Below, in pieces: positions 20,248 through 30,633 of a stretch of DNA of 64,000 nucleotides. Source of the DNA: Demequina sp. (lineage in GTDB: Bacteria; Actinomycetota; Actinomycetes; Actinomycetales; Demequinaceae). Both the position numbers and the translations under genes were made by a program. The first letter of the stretch is position 1, and each line of letters starts with the position of its first letter. The notes beneath the pieces are model-generated. The model was not told the DNA's origin, made no database searches, and saw only the letters and a program-made list of their open reading frames with translations. The DNA is taken from the NCBI GenBank assembly GCA_024707205.1, contig JANQAD010000001.1:1327979-1391978 (forward strand). The letters are read 5' to 3'.

Positions 20248-21588
20248 CACGACAACGAGCGCCCACGCCCCATAGACGGGCAGGAGCGCCGTCTGCCAGG
20301 TCTCGAGCGAGCGCACGGCTCCCGCACGGCCGCGCTGGAGGCGCACGAGCAGCCACGCGCTCACCACCAGGTTTACCAGCAGGATCACATTCGCGCCGAG
20401 GACGACCGCCCTGTTGAAGGTCCAGCCATCCGTGATGCGGATCGCGATGTTCACGAACGCGATTGCATCGAGCGCGAAAGCCGAGCCGACGAGCGTGAGC
20501 TGGATCCAGTCGAACCAGCCGAATCGCGTGTCTGCCCCGCGTGCGGTGAGGTTGTAGAGGATGAGCCCGACCGCGACGACGAGGATGCCGTCGGTCGCGA
20601 TGAGGAGCTCCCTATTGAGTTCGCCGATCTCGCCGGAGAACAGCACGACCGCGAGCAGCCCGAGGAAGGCCAGCGTGAACAGCGGCGTGAAGATTCGAGC
20701 GAGCACGGGCGCCATGTTCTCGACGATCGCCTGCTTGGCCTCGACGAGCCAGGCGGCGACGATGACGGCCGCCGCGGCGCCGCATGGAACCACCCACTGG
20801 ATGAGGAACTGCTCCGTGTCGATGCCGACGAGGGTGGGGACCACCCCGATGAGGAGAAGCAGCACGTAGCTTGCGGCCTGGATGAGCACCAGGTAGATGA
20901 GGAACTCTCCCGTGAACCGCACGTAGTCCATGCGACCCTCTGTGCTTCGCCAGCGCGCGGTCGCGTACGCGAGGCCGATGATCACCCACACCGCGATGGG
21001 CACGTGCAGCGCGGTCATGGGGAGGGCGTCGCCGTTGATGTCGAGCGGGTACACGTTGGCCGCCACCGCAATGACGGCGAAGCCGGCGGCGGTGGCGAGG
21101 ACGTAGTTCAGCGTCGCGCGGCGGCGCCACAGCAGGTAGGCGGCGACGGTCACGAGGCCCAGCAGCGACACATTGCGGAGGTAGAACTCAGGGTTGTCGT
21201 CGAAGGTCAGCCCGAATAGCGCGGGAACCTTGACCACCAGTGCGGCGATCAGCGCGAAGATCACCACCGGCACCCAGCCGCCGCGGTCGCCCGCCTCCCG
21301 CGGCCGCTTCGCGTCATCGTCGAGAACGAGTTGCTTCCACAGGCGCTGCGAGTTCTCGCGCGCGAACTCGCGGGCTATCTCGTGCTGGCTGCCGAGCCTC
21401 TTGACCGCGACAAGGAAGGCCTCATCGTCACTGAGCCCAGCACCCGCGAGCTCATCAACCTCGGCGCGCAGGTGATCCTCTAGCTCGTCCACCTCGACGG
21501 CGGTGACGCCGGCTCGCCTCGCCATGTGCTCGCGCCACAGTTGGATCTGCGCCTCAAGCGCGACCTGTGGCTCTGTTGCGTCGCTCAT
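20215..21588 (-). CDS. Permease-prefix domain 1 membrane protein
   Basis: ELEDHLRAEVDEL...GLSDDEAFLVAVKRLG then multiple TM segments; coupled to PadR; start trimmed to ATG 21588. Confidence 0.8.
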   Translation of the reverse strand: MSDATEPQVALEAQIQLWREHMARRAGVTAVEVDELEDHLRAEVDELAGAGLSDDEAFLVAVKRLGSQHEIAREFARENSQRLWKQLVLDDDAKRPREAGDRGGWVPVVIFALIAALVVKVPALFGLTFDDNPEFYLRNVSLLGLVTVAAYLLWRRRATLNYVLATAAGFAVIAVAANVYPLDINGDALPMTALHVPIAVWVIIGLAYATARWRSTEGRMDYVRFTGEFLIYLVLIQAASYVLLLLIGVVPTLVGIDTEQFLIQWVVPCGAAAAVIVAAWLVEAKQAIVENMAPVLARIFTPLFTLAFLGLLAVVLFSGEIGELNRELLIATDGILVVAVGLILYNLTARGADTRFGWFDWIQLTLVGSAFALDAIAFVNIAIRITDGWTFNRAVVLGANVILLVNLVVSAWLLVRLQRGRAGAVRSLETWQTALLPVYGAWALVVVLVLPPVFGLT

Positions 21589-21959
21589 GCCGTCACGGCC
21601 CGTCTGTTCGAGCCGATCGGCACGGTCTTTCGCGACTGCACCCATGTGGTCTCGAGGGTTGCGACCACGGCACGCCACTGGGCCTGATGCTGCGCGAGGG
21701 CGGCCCTGCCTTCGTCGGTGACCTCGTAGTACTTGCGCTTGCGGCCGGAGTCCGAGTGCGCCCAGAAGGCGTGGACATGGCCCTGCCGCTCGAGGCGGTG
21801 GAGGAGCGGATAGAGCAGCCCCTCGCTCCACTCGAGCTGCCCGTCAGAGAGTTCCGTGACCCGCTTGAGGATGGCGTACCCGTAGCTCGCGCCCTCGCTC
21901 AGGATGCTGAGCACTAGAGGAGCGGCGCTTGCCGCCACGAGGTCCTTGGGGATGTCCAT
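21585..21959 (-). CDS. PadR-family transcriptional regulator
   Basis: SYGYAI, EGLLYPLLHRLE, RKRKYYEVT.EG. Confidence 0.92.
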   Translation of the reverse strand: MDIPKDLVAASAAPLVLSILSEGASYGYAILKRVTELSDGQLEWSEGLLYPLLHRLERQGHVHAFWAHSDSGRKRKYYEVTDEGRAALAQHQAQWRAVVATLETTWVQSRKTVPIGSNRRAVTA

Positions 21960-22015
21960 GCACGCCTCCTATCCCTAGAGGCAGTATGCATAGCAGTGCT
22001 AGGTAAGTCAACGAA

Positions 22016-22885
22016 CTAGAGTGCGATTCCCGTCGCCAGCAGCATTCCGTAGAGGAAACCGACCACGGTGGTGCCCAGGAACAGCGGGCCCAGCGCGGCG
22101 CCAACGCGCAGCCGCATCCCGAGCACCAGCAGCAGCGCGGGAAGGGCCAGCAGGAGCGTGAGCAGCACCCAGGGCTGCTCGAACGCGATCAGCACGGAGA
22201 TCAGCAGCGGCAGCGTCACCGCGGCTGAGTAGAACTGCCGCGCCCGGTAGTCGCCAACGCGCACGGCGAGCGTGCGCTTGCCCGCTGCGGCGTCAGTCTC
22301 AATATCCCTGATGTTGTTCACCAGCAGCATCGCCACCGCGTAGAGGCCAAGGGCAACCGACCCGAGCACCGCCCACCACGTCACGGTCCCCGCCTGGGTG
22401 TACATGGTGCCGAGCGTCGCGACCGGGCCAAAGAAGATGAAGACGCTCACCTCGCCCCAGCCCGCGTAGCCGTACGGCCGGCCGCTTCCCGTGTAGAACC
22501 ACGCGGCCACGATCGCCACCAGCCCCACGGCCAGCAGCCACCAGTACCCGCTGAGCGCGACGAGCGCGAGCCCAAGCAGCGCCGCCACGCCAAAGCACCC
22601 GAACGCCGCGGCCTTCACGGCGGACGGCGTCGCCTTGCCCGTCGCCACCAGCCGGTCGGGGCCGATGCGGTCAACGTCCGTGCCGCGCACGCCGTCCGAG
22701 TAGTCGTTCGCGAAGTTCACGCCCACCTGCAGCGCCAGCCCCACCCCGAGAGCGAGCATCGCCAGCAGCCAGTCGGAGTCGCCGACCGCGTTCGCCGCCG
22801 CCGAGCCAACGAACACGGGGGTGATCGCCGTCCACAGGGTCCGCGGGCGCGCGCCGGCCACCCAGTCGTCAAGGGAAGTCGCCAC
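22016..22885 (-). CDS. menA: 1,4-dihydroxy-2-naphthoate polyprenyltransferase
   Basis: GARPRTL, NFANDYSDGVRGTD, NNIRDIETD...GKRTLAV. Confidence 0.95.
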   Translation of the reverse strand: MATSLDDWVAGARPRTLWTAITPVFVGSAAANAVGDSDWLLAMLALGVGLALQVGVNFANDYSDGVRGTDVDRIGPDRLVATGKATPSAVKAAAFGCFGVAALLGLALVALSGYWWLLAVGLVAIVAAWFYTGSGRPYGYAGWGEVSVFIFFGPVATLGTMYTQAGTVTWWAVLGSVALGLYAVAMLLVNNIRDIETDAAAGKRTLAVRVGDYRARQFYSAAVTLPLLISVLIAFEQPWVLLTLLLALPALLLVLGMRLRVGAALGPLFLGTTVVGFLYGMLLATGIAL

Positions 22886-22888
22886 CAG

Positions 22889-23912
22889 CTACTCCTCACC
22901 GCGCGCAAGCGCTCGCATCGCGCGTCGGTCAATCTTGCCACCCTCGGTGCGCGGCAGTTCGCCTACCCGCCTCACCTCGCGGGGGAGCTCGTGCGGCTCC
23001 AGTTGGGTTGCCAGCTCCCCTCGTACTGCCTCCAGTTCCGGCAGGCCCGACGGCGTGGTCACCCAGGCGACGACCCTCGTCCCCCACTCGGGGTCGGGGA
23101 CGCCGGCGACCGCGGCCGCGTCGATGTAGGGGAGGGATTCGAGCGCGCGCTCGACGCGCGCGGGGTGCGCCTTGAGGCCGCCGGTGATGATGACGTCGTC
23201 CGCGCGACCTGCGATGGTCAGGCGTTCGCCGTCCCACTCGCCGACGTCCGGGGTGGTGAACCAGCGGCGGCCGTTCCGCTTCACGAAGGCGACGTTGTCA
23301 CCGTCGGCGTAGCCCTCCGCGAGAGTCGCGCCGCCGATCCGCACAATGCCATCGCCGCTGGTATCGACCATGACGCCGTCGAGGGGGAACGCCGTCGTAG
23401 ACGCACCCGCCGCACGTCTCCGTGGCGCCGTAGGTGGAGATCAGGTTCGCGTCCAGGCCCAGCGGCGGCAAGGGCGCGCCGCCCACGAGCACGGCGTCGA
23501 AGGATGCAAGCGCGGCGCGCCCCTCCGCCGATCTCGACAACCGCACCACCTGGGTGGGGACTAGCGACGTGAAGCGCCGCCCGGGTGGCATCGACGCGGC
23601 CGCGGCCGAGAACGCCTCCGCCGTGAACGGCCCGGTCGGCAGTTCGTGGAGCGTGGTGCCATCCAGGTGGGCCCGCGCAACGACTAGAGCCCCGCCGATC
23701 CGCTCCGCCGGAATCGCGAGAAGCCACGCGCCCGGCCCGCCCAAGCGCGAGGTGGTGGCGCGAGCGGAGGCGAGAACAGCGTCGGACCCTATGAGGACCT
23801 CGCGGGGGGCGCCGGTGGAGCCGGACGTGGCGACCGCAATCCCGGCCGCGTCACCGGAAAGAGCCGCCAGGAGCGCCCGCCGCGGATCGTCGACGAGGCG
23901 GGCGTGCTGCAT
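22889..23912 (-). CDS. menE: O-succinylbenzoate-CoA ligase, 1-nt frameshift at 23383-23387
   Basis: TSGSTGAPR, TYGATETCGG, then GRADDVIITGG.K and GKIDR in the second frame. Confidence 0.88.
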
Positions 23913-23947
23913 GGGGCAAGCGTAGGCCGCGACGTAGACTGCGCGAC

Positions 23948-25036
23948 ATGATCAGGGTGAGGTCCTCAGGGCTGGTGGCACTTTCGGTGGCGTCCGCGCT
24001 TGCTCTCGCGGCGTGCGCGCCGGCCGACATCGTGCAGCCGAACACGACCGTCCAGGCGTCCGCGCCGCCGGTGGAGCGCCAGGCCGCGCCCACGCCGCCG
24101 CCGGACCCGAGGCCGGCCGTGACCTTCCCGCTTACGGGGCTCGACGCGACTCAGGCGTCGGAGACCGTGCTCAAGCAGCCGGCGATCTCCGTGAAGATCG
24201 AGAACACGGAGCAGGCCCGGCCGCAGACCAACCTCGAGTTCGCGGACGTCGTGTTCGAGGAGAACGTCGAGTACGGAATCAGCCGCCTGATCGCCGTCTA
24301 CCAGAGCGATTACCCCAAGGAGGTGGGCCCCATCCGTTCCATGCGGCCCATGGACAAGAACATCATGGGGCAGTTCGGCGGGCCGCTCGTGTTCTCCGGC
24401 GCCCAGATGCGCTTCATCACGCAAGCGCGCAACTCTGGGACCACCCTGATCGCGCAAGACGTTGGCTCCTACGGGTTCTTCCGCACCACCGACAAGGCGC
24501 CGCCGCACAATCTGCACGGGTACCTCGCGGACTTCAAGAAGCAGTCGAAGGGCGCCGTGGCCCCCGCGACCCAGTGGGCGTTCGCGTACCCGGAGACGGG
24601 AGCGTCGGCCTCTCTCAACGGCAAGGAGATGTCGAAGGTCGACATCCTCTTCTCGCCGTTCTCGCACCCGCACTGGGACTGGGACGCGAAGACCTCGCTG
24701 TACAAGCGCTACGAAGGCAGCGTGGCGCACAAGACGGCGGCGGGCAAGCAGCTCACGGCGACGAACATCGTGCTGCTCTACGTCACCACCCGCATGACCG
24801 GTCACGTCCCGAACGGCAAGTCCGTGCCGGAGACGCTCGTCAACGGCAAGAAGGGCAAGGGCTTCGTCTTCACCGGAGGCAAGTACATCCCCATCACGTG
24901 GTCAAAAGCGAGCCAGTTCAAGCCGTTCGTGGTGCTGGATGGCAGTGGTGATGCCGTGGCGCTCGCTCCAGGGCAGTCGTGGTGGGAGCTGGTGCCGACC
25001 AACGGCGAGTTCACCACCAAGGTGACGATCAGCTAG
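23948..25036 (+). CDS. DUF3048 domain lipoprotein (YerB-like)
   Basis: Lipobox LAAC; VKIENT..ARPQ, EYGISRL, GPIRSMR, APPHNL. Confidence 0.85.
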   Translation: MIRVRSSGLVALSVASALALAACAPADIVQPNTTVQASAPPVERQAAPTPPPDPRPAVTFPLTGLDATQASETVLKQPAISVKIENTEQARPQTNLEFADVVFEENVEYGISRLIAVYQSDYPKEVGPIRSMRPMDKNIMGQFGGPLVFSGAQMRFITQARNSGTTLIAQDVGSYGFFRTTDKAPPHNLHGYLADFKKQSKGAVAPATQWAFAYPETGASASLNGKEMSKVDILFSPFSHPHWDWDAKTSLYKRYEGSVAHKTAAGKQLTATNIVLLYVTTRMTGHVPNGKSVPETLVNGKKGKGFVFTGGKYIPITWSKASQFKPFVVLDGSGDAVALAPGQSWWELVPTNGEFTTKVTIS

Positions 25037-25080
25037 GTCTGGTCGCGGGGTCGGGTCCCGACCGCACCTACCGCACCTGG

Positions 25081-25132
25081 AATGGGTCCTGAAGGTCGCG
25101 AAATCGCGATTTCGTGACCCTAGGAGCCCATT
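25081..25132. repeat. ~52-bp imperfect palindrome
   Basis: Core GGTCGCGAAATCGCGATTTCGTGACC (one mismatch) with AATGGG...CCCATT outer arms, between convergent genes. Confidence 0.75.
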
Positions 25133-25219
25133 TGGGGCGGGATGGGGACGCGCTAGGGCCCGCCAAGCACCAGGCGGCACCCACCGGCCCGACGCCATGG
25201 CCCCGTCACGCGCAACGGT

Positions 25220-26149
25220 TCAGAACGCGTAGGGGAACTTGGTCCAGTCCGGGTCCCTGCGCTCGAGGAACGCGTCGCGTCCCTCTTGCGCCTCTTCGGT
25301 CATGTAGGCGAGCCGCGTCGCCTCGCCCGCGAACACCTGCTGGCCGGCCAACCCGTCGTCTGCCAGGTTGAACGCGAACTTCAGCATGCGGATCGCCTGC
25401 GGCGACTTGGTGGCGATGAGCCTCGCGTACTCGAGCGCCCGCGCCTCCAGTTCCGCGTGGGGAACGGCCTCGTTGACGGCGCCCCAGCGCTCGGCGTCCT
25501 CGGCGGAGTACTCGCGCGCCAGGAAGAAGATCTCGCGGGCGCGCTTGTCGCCCACCTGGCGCGCCAGCAGCGCGGACCCATAGCCCGCATCGAAGGACCC
25601 GACGTTGGCGTCGGTCTGCTTGAACCGCGCGTGCTCCCGGCTCGCCAGGGAAAGGTCCGCGACCACGTGCAGCGAGTGCCCGCCGCCGGCGGCCCAGCCG
25701 TTGACCGCCGCGATGGTCACCTTGGGCGAGGTGCGCATCAGGCGCTGCACCTCGAGGATGTGGAGGCGCCCGCCGTGCGCGGGGGCGTCGGCTGCGGTCC
25801 CGTCATACAGATACCCGTCCCGGCCCCGTATCCGCTGGTCGCCTCCAGAGCAGAAGGCGTGGACGCCGTCGGCCGCCGGGCCGTTGCCGGTGATGATGAC
25901 CGCGGCAACATCAACCGTCTGGCGCGCGTGGTCGAGCGCGCGGTACAGCTCGTCCACGGTCTGCGGCCGGAAGGCGTTGCGCACCTCGGGCCGGTTGAAC
26001 GCGATGCGCACGGCGGGCAGGTCGCTCTCGCCATCCCCGGATCGGGCGACCCAGCGGTGATATGTGATGTCGCCGTCGGGAAATCCCTCGATCGAGCGCC
26101 ACTGCGAGGCGTCCATGAGGTCGCTGACTTGGGCCGGAACGGAACTCAT
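25220..26149 (-). CDS. menB: 1,4-dihydroxy-2-naphthoyl-CoA synthase
   Basis: RPEVRNAF, FCSGGDQRIRG, GWAAGGGH, GSFDAGYG. Confidence 0.96.
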   Translation of the reverse strand: MSSVPAQVSDLMDASQWRSIEGFPDGDITYHRWVARSGDGESDLPAVRIAFNRPEVRNAFRPQTVDELYRALDHARQTVDVAAVIITGNGPAADGVHAFCSGGDQRIRGRDGYLYDGTAADAPAHGGRLHILEVQRLMRTSPKVTIAAVNGWAAGGGHSLHVVADLSLASREHARFKQTDANVGSFDAGYGSALLARQVGDKRAREIFFLAREYSAEDAERWGAVNEAVPHAELEARALEYARLIATKSPQAIRMLKFAFNLADDGLAGQQVFAGEATRLAYMTEEAQEGRDAFLERRDPDWTKFPYAF

Positions 26150-26170
26150 GTGGCGAGCCTAGTGCGCGTA

Positions 26171-26197
26171 CCAACCCCAAACCCGGCCAGTGCCGTT
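26171..26197 (+). promoter_or_regulatory. Putative ECF autoregulatory promoter 1
   Basis: CCAAC-N18-CGTT upstream of ECF sigma 1. Confidence 0.5.
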
Positions 26198-26217
26198 CAA
26201 TAGGCGAAGGAGGGGCG

Positions 26218-26754
26218 ATGGCTGCCTGGCAGGCGATTGCGGACGAGCTGATGGAGCGGCGCTACGGCGCGCTCGTCGGCTACGCTTCGCTGCTCACGCG
26301 CAACCGGCACGACGCCGAGGAGCTGGTGCAGGACGCGCTCATTGCGACGTTCACCCGGCGCGCCCGCTTCGAGAGCGTGACCGCCGCCGAAAGCTATGTG
26401 CGGCGGGCGATCGCGTCTCGCTTCGTTGACGCCTCGCGTTCCCGGGCCCGACGCTTGCGCAGGGAACGCGCCGCCGCTCCCCTTGAGGCCGTGCTTGGGC
26501 CTGACGCCACGGTTCAGCCGGATCCCGCCCTCGCCGCCGCGCTGGCTCAGTTGGCGCCCCGGGTGAGGGCGTGCGTGGTGTTGCGGTACCTCGCGGACCA
26601 GTCGGTTGTCGAGATCGCGACGGCGCTCGGGATAGCGGAGGGCACCGTGAAGCGGAACGTGTACGACGGCGTTCGAGCGCTCGCGGCCGCACTGGGCACG
26701 GAGGATTCCGCTGACGACTTCGCGGATGTAGTGGTGAAGGAGGTAGCGCCATGA
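26218..26754 (+). CDS. ECF sigma factor (SigE-like family), copy 1
   Basis: Region 2 AEELVQDALIATF, YVRRAI; region 4 RACVVLRY...EIATALGIAEGTVK. Confidence 0.92.
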   Translation: MAAWQAIADELMERRYGALVGYASLLTRNRHDAEELVQDALIATFTRRARFESVTAAESYVRRAIASRFVDASRSRARRLRRERAAAPLEAVLGPDATVQPDPALAAALAQLAPRVRACVVLRYLADQSVVEIATALGIAEGTVKRNVYDGVRALAAALGTEDSADDFADVVVKEVAP

Positions 26755-28013
26755 CCGAGCTTCGCGAACGGATGCTGAGCGCCGAGCGATCGGTAACAGC
26801 GGCGCAGGACCTGGCGGGCGCGAAGGAACGGGTGTTCCGGGCGGTGCGCAGGCGCCGGGCCACGCGGTCCGCAGGCGTGACCGTGGCGGCCCTGGTGGTC
26901 GTAGGTGGCGCGGCGGTGGTCGCAGCGTCGTTCCTCGACACGGTTCGTCCCACCCCGCCCGCGGAGCACCCGACGGTGCAAGCGACCGTGGTCGATGCGT
27001 CGGACATGTCCACGTACGACGTGGGTGAGATGCCCGCTGCTCCAGTGCCGAGGCGCGCGTGGGACGAGGTCGACAACCGATGGGCGATGGCCGTGTGGGC
27101 GCCGGTCAACGCGGCGTGGAAGAACTCCTTCGCGCTCGACTACCCGCTGCTGCTGACCGCGCCAGACGGCCGCTCGTGGACCGCGGCGACCGTCAAGGGC
27201 ACCGTCGCGCCGCAGATCTTGGCGTGGGACCCAGTCACCCGGAAGGCGCTGGTCATCTCGGGAGCGACATCCACTCCAACAGATGCGAACCTCGGGGCGG
27301 TGTCGCTCGACGATGGTCAGGACGTCTTCACGTCCGAGTGTCTCGACGGCGCGCCGCCTCCAAACGCGGAGCGCTGGGCGACACCTGTAGATCGCGGGTT
27401 CGCGGTGCACAACGGGTGCGGCGAGGAGTTCTTCACGGAGGACGGCAGCGTCCGACGGAACCTCACCGAAGCTGAACAGGTTGCTCTGTGGGATGCGAAG
27501 TATCCGTTCTCCGGCATCGCCGAGGTGCAGTGGAGTGACCACGACGCCCAGGTTGGAAACACCGCCCTTGGGATTGACCCGTCCAGCTGCGTCATCTTGG
27601 TGCGTCCCCGCCAGCACCAGGTCGGTTCCGGTTGCAACGTGGGCGACGGCTTCAACCTCGACGATGGAACCAACCCGGTGTGGCTCACTTCTTTGCCCGG
27701 CGTTGCGGGCCAGCCGAGCATCACCAAGCTCTGCGGAGCGGGAACGGCATTTGGCACGCTATCCGACGGCTCGGTTGGCGTTGGCGTGGTCCAGGACCCC
27801 TACGTGTTGCCGCTGGTGCTCAACGGGGCGCCGGCCACGGCCTGCCGCGACAGGCTCTATACCTGGTATCTCGCGGGCGGCAACCTGTACTTCTCCGTCA
27901 ATATGGATCAGGCGACCCGGGTTATCGCCATCAACTCCATTCCAGAGGACGTCCCTGAAGGCGCCGGCGTCGTCGACGTCGCCCCTGCTCCCTCCCCGAA
28001 CTCGTTGGGCTGA
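26751..28013 (+). CDS. Putative anti-sigma/membrane partner with Cys-containing ectodomain
   Basis: ATGA overlap with ECF; RRRRATR then TM helix then ~350-aa unassigned domain. Confidence 0.7.
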   Translation: MTELRERMLSAERSVTAAQDLAGAKERVFRAVRRRRATRSAGVTVAALVVVGGAAVVAASFLDTVRPTPPAEHPTVQATVVDASDMSTYDVGEMPAAPVPRRAWDEVDNRWAMAVWAPVNAAWKNSFALDYPLLLTAPDGRSWTAATVKGTVAPQILAWDPVTRKALVISGATSTPTDANLGAVSLDDGQDVFTSECLDGAPPPNAERWATPVDRGFAVHNGCGEEFFTEDGSVRRNLTEAEQVALWDAKYPFSGIAEVQWSDHDAQVGNTALGIDPSSCVILVRPRQHQVGSGCNVGDGFNLDDGTNPVWLTSLPGVAGQPSITKLCGAGTAFGTLSDGSVGVGVVQDPYVLPLVLNGAPATACRDRLYTWYLAGGNLYFSVNMDQATRVIAINSIPEDVPEGAGVVDVAPAPSPNSLG

Positions 28014-28040
28014 GCCTCGCGCGCCGCGTAGTTTAGGGGC

Positions 28041-28927
28041 ATGGACTTCCGCCCCTTCCGCGTCGACCTCACCACGCGGTTCCGGGGGTCACCGAACGCT
28101 CCGGCGTGCTCCTCCACACCAAGGGGCCCGACGGCGTTGACCACTGGGGGGAATACTCGCCTTTCGCGGACTACACCCCGCGAAGGGCCTCCCGCTGGTG
28201 GGCGGCCGCTATGGAGGCGGCACGGGGCGAGTGGCCCGATCCCGTCCGTGACGAGGTTCCGGTCAACGTGATCATTCCCGAGGTGCCGGCGGCCCAGGCC
28301 GCGGAGATGACGATCGCCTCCGGGTGCCGCACCGCGAAGGTCAAGGTGGGCGGCTACGGGTCGACGCTCCAGGACGCCGCGCGGGTGGAGGCCGTCGCGG
28401 GGGCGCTCGGTCCCGGCGGGAAGGTGCGGGTCGACGCCAACGGCGCGTGGGACGTCGACGACGCCGTGCGCGCCCTCACCGAGCTTGAGCTCGCCGTGCG
28501 CCGGGGCGGAATCGAGGGCCTCGAATACGCGGAGCAGCCCTGCGCCACGGTGGCCGATCTTGCGGCGCTGAGGCGCCGCGTGGACACGCCCATCGCCGCC
28601 GACGAGTCCGTGCGGCTTCCCGGCGACGCCGACGCGGTCGTGGCCGCCGATGCGGCGGACATCATCGTGCTCAAGGTCGCGCCGCTCGGCGGGGTGCGCG
28701 CGTGCCTCGAGATCGCGGAGAGGGCCGGGCTGCCGGTTGTCGTCTCGAGTGCGCTCGAGTCCTCCGTGGGATTGGCCGCAGGAATAGCCCTTGCGCGAGC
28801 GCTCCCGGAGCTTCCCTACGCGTGCGGGCTCGGAACCGGGCTTCTGCTTGCGACGGACACGGTCACCAAGACGTTGGTTCCTAGAGATGGCGTGCTCCGC
28901 GCCAGGGAACTCGAGGTGATCGTGTGA
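28041..28927 (+). CDS. menC: O-succinylbenzoate synthase, 1-nt frameshift at 28084-28088
   Basis: MDFRPFRVDLTTRFRG then WGEYSPF, KVKVG, RVDANGAW, YAEQPC, AADES, LKVAPLGG. Confidence 0.9.
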
Positions 28928-30573
28928 CCACTCCCGCCGCGTCCTTCGCGCGCGAGTTGATCGCCGCGCTCGCGGTCCACGGCGTCGAGGACTTCGTCTT
29001 GTGCCCAGGCTCCCGGAGTGGACCGGTGGCGCACGCGCTCGTCCAGGCGGCGTCGGGCAGCGAGGGCGCACCCAAGGTGAGTCTGCACGTGCGGATCGAC
29101 GAGCGATCGGCATCGTTCCTGGCACTTGGCATCGCGAGGGGTCTCGCGGCCGTAGGAACCCCGCGGCCGGTGGCCGTGGTGACCACGTCCGGCACGGCCG
29201 TGGGCAACCTCATGCCCGCGGTGATGGAGGCGCATCACGGCGGCGTGCCGCTCATCCTCATCACGGCGGACCGGCCGCGCGAGCTGCGCGGCGTCGGCGC
29301 GAATCAGACCACGGACCAGGTGGGGATCTTCGGCACGTTCGTGCGCTGGTCCGCGGACATCGCCGCCCCCGCCGACTCCGAGCCCGAGGGGCGGGCCACC
29401 CGCCTCGCCGCGCGGGCCGCGGCAACCGCGACCGGCGACGCGTCGAGCGACGAGGCGCGCGCCGCCCCAGGGCCGGTGCATCTCAACGTCGAGTTCCGCG
29501 AGCCCCTGGGACCCGACGGCGGAGCCTGGCCCGAGACCGCGCGCGTGGAGCCCGTGTTCTCCGGGCCCATCTACGTTGGCCACCCGGCGGACGTGCTCGG
29601 CGAGCCGCTGCCCGCAGTGGCGCGCGGAGTGGTGGTCGCGGGCGACGGGGCTGGTGACGCCGCGCGGATCGTGGCCGAGGCGCACGGCTGGCCGCTGCTC
29701 GCGGAGCCAACCTCGGGAGCGCGCGCGGGCGCGTCGTGCGTTGCGGGCTACGTGCACGCATTGGGCACGCCGGAGGGGCGCGAACTCGCCGCCGAGACGG
29801 AACTCGTGGTGGTGATCGGTCGCCCCACCCTGACGCGTGGGGTGCAGGCGCTGATCGCGGAAGCGCCCAAGCTCTACGTGGCCGCGCACGGCGCGCGCTG
29901 GCGCGAGGCGCCGCTCCACGCGACTCAGGTGCTGCCGCGCGTGCCGCGCGCCTGGCTCGACCGCCCGGACGCAACCCCAGACTCGGCGTGGCTCGACGCG
30001 TGGCTGGAGGTGGCGTCGGACATACCGGTGACCGAAGGCTGGAACGCGAAGGCGGTCGCGGAGACGTGGCTCGCGGCGCTCGACGCGGAGAGCCTCGCCG
30101 TGGTGGGCTCGTCGGGGCCCATTCGCGCGATCGACCGCGTCGCTCCCGCGTGGCCGGTTGGCCGCGCGCCGCAGCTGCTCGCAAACAGGGGGCTGTCGGG
30201 GATCGACGGCACGGTCTCGACCGCGGTGGGCGTGGCACTGGGCTCGCGACGGCCCGTGGAGGCCCTCATGGGGGATGTGACGTTCCTGCACGACGTTGGT
30301 GGGCTGCTCGTTGGCCCGCTCGAGGCGCGGCCAGACGTGCGCATCGTGGTCGTCAATGACGGCGGAGGGACCATCTTCGGGGGCCTCGAGCACTCCGCGG
30401 CGCCGGCCGAGCACATGGAGCGGGTGTTTCTCACGCCGCACGGCGTGGCCCTGGGCCCGCTGTGCGCGGCGTATGGCGCGGGGTACTCGCTCGTGACGTC
30501 CGTTGCCGAGTTGGGGCTTGCCTTGAGACGGGCGCCGCGCGGGGTCGAGGTGGTGGAGGCGGTGCTGGCCTAG
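28924..30573 (+). CDS. menD: SEPHCHC synthase
   Basis: CPGSRS, IDERSA, TTSGTA, ANRGLSGIDG, GDVTFLHD, NDGGGTIF. Confidence 0.95.
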   Translation: MTTPAASFARELIAALAVHGVEDFVLCPGSRSGPVAHALVQAASGSEGAPKVSLHVRIDERSASFLALGIARGLAAVGTPRPVAVVTTSGTAVGNLMPAVMEAHHGGVPLILITADRPRELRGVGANQTTDQVGIFGTFVRWSADIAAPADSEPEGRATRLAARAAATATGDASSDEARAAPGPVHLNVEFREPLGPDGGAWPETARVEPVFSGPIYVGHPADVLGEPLPAVARGVVVAGDGAGDAARIVAEAHGWPLLAEPTSGARAGASCVAGYVHALGTPEGRELAAETELVVVIGRPTLTRGVQALIAEAPKLYVAAHGARWREAPLHATQVLPRVPRAWLDRPDATPDSAWLDAWLEVASDIPVTEGWNAKAVAETWLAALDAESLAVVGSSGPIRAIDRVAPAWPVGRAPQLLANRGLSGIDGTVSTAVGVALGSRRPVEALMGDVTFLHDVGGLLVGPLEARPDVRIVVVNDGGGTIFGGLEHSAAPAEHMERVFLTPHGVALGPLCAAYGAGYSLVTSVAELGLALRRAPRGVEVVEAVLA

Positions 30574-30580
30574 CGCTGGC

Positions 30581-30607
30581 ACAACGTTTTCGCGTGTCGC
30601 GGTCGTT
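30581..30607 (+). promoter_or_regulatory. Putative ECF autoregulatory promoter 2
   Basis: ACAAC-N18-CGTT upstream of ECF sigma 2. Confidence 0.5.
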
Positions 30608-30633
30608 GGTCGTCAAAGGTGAGGGGAGTGGGT

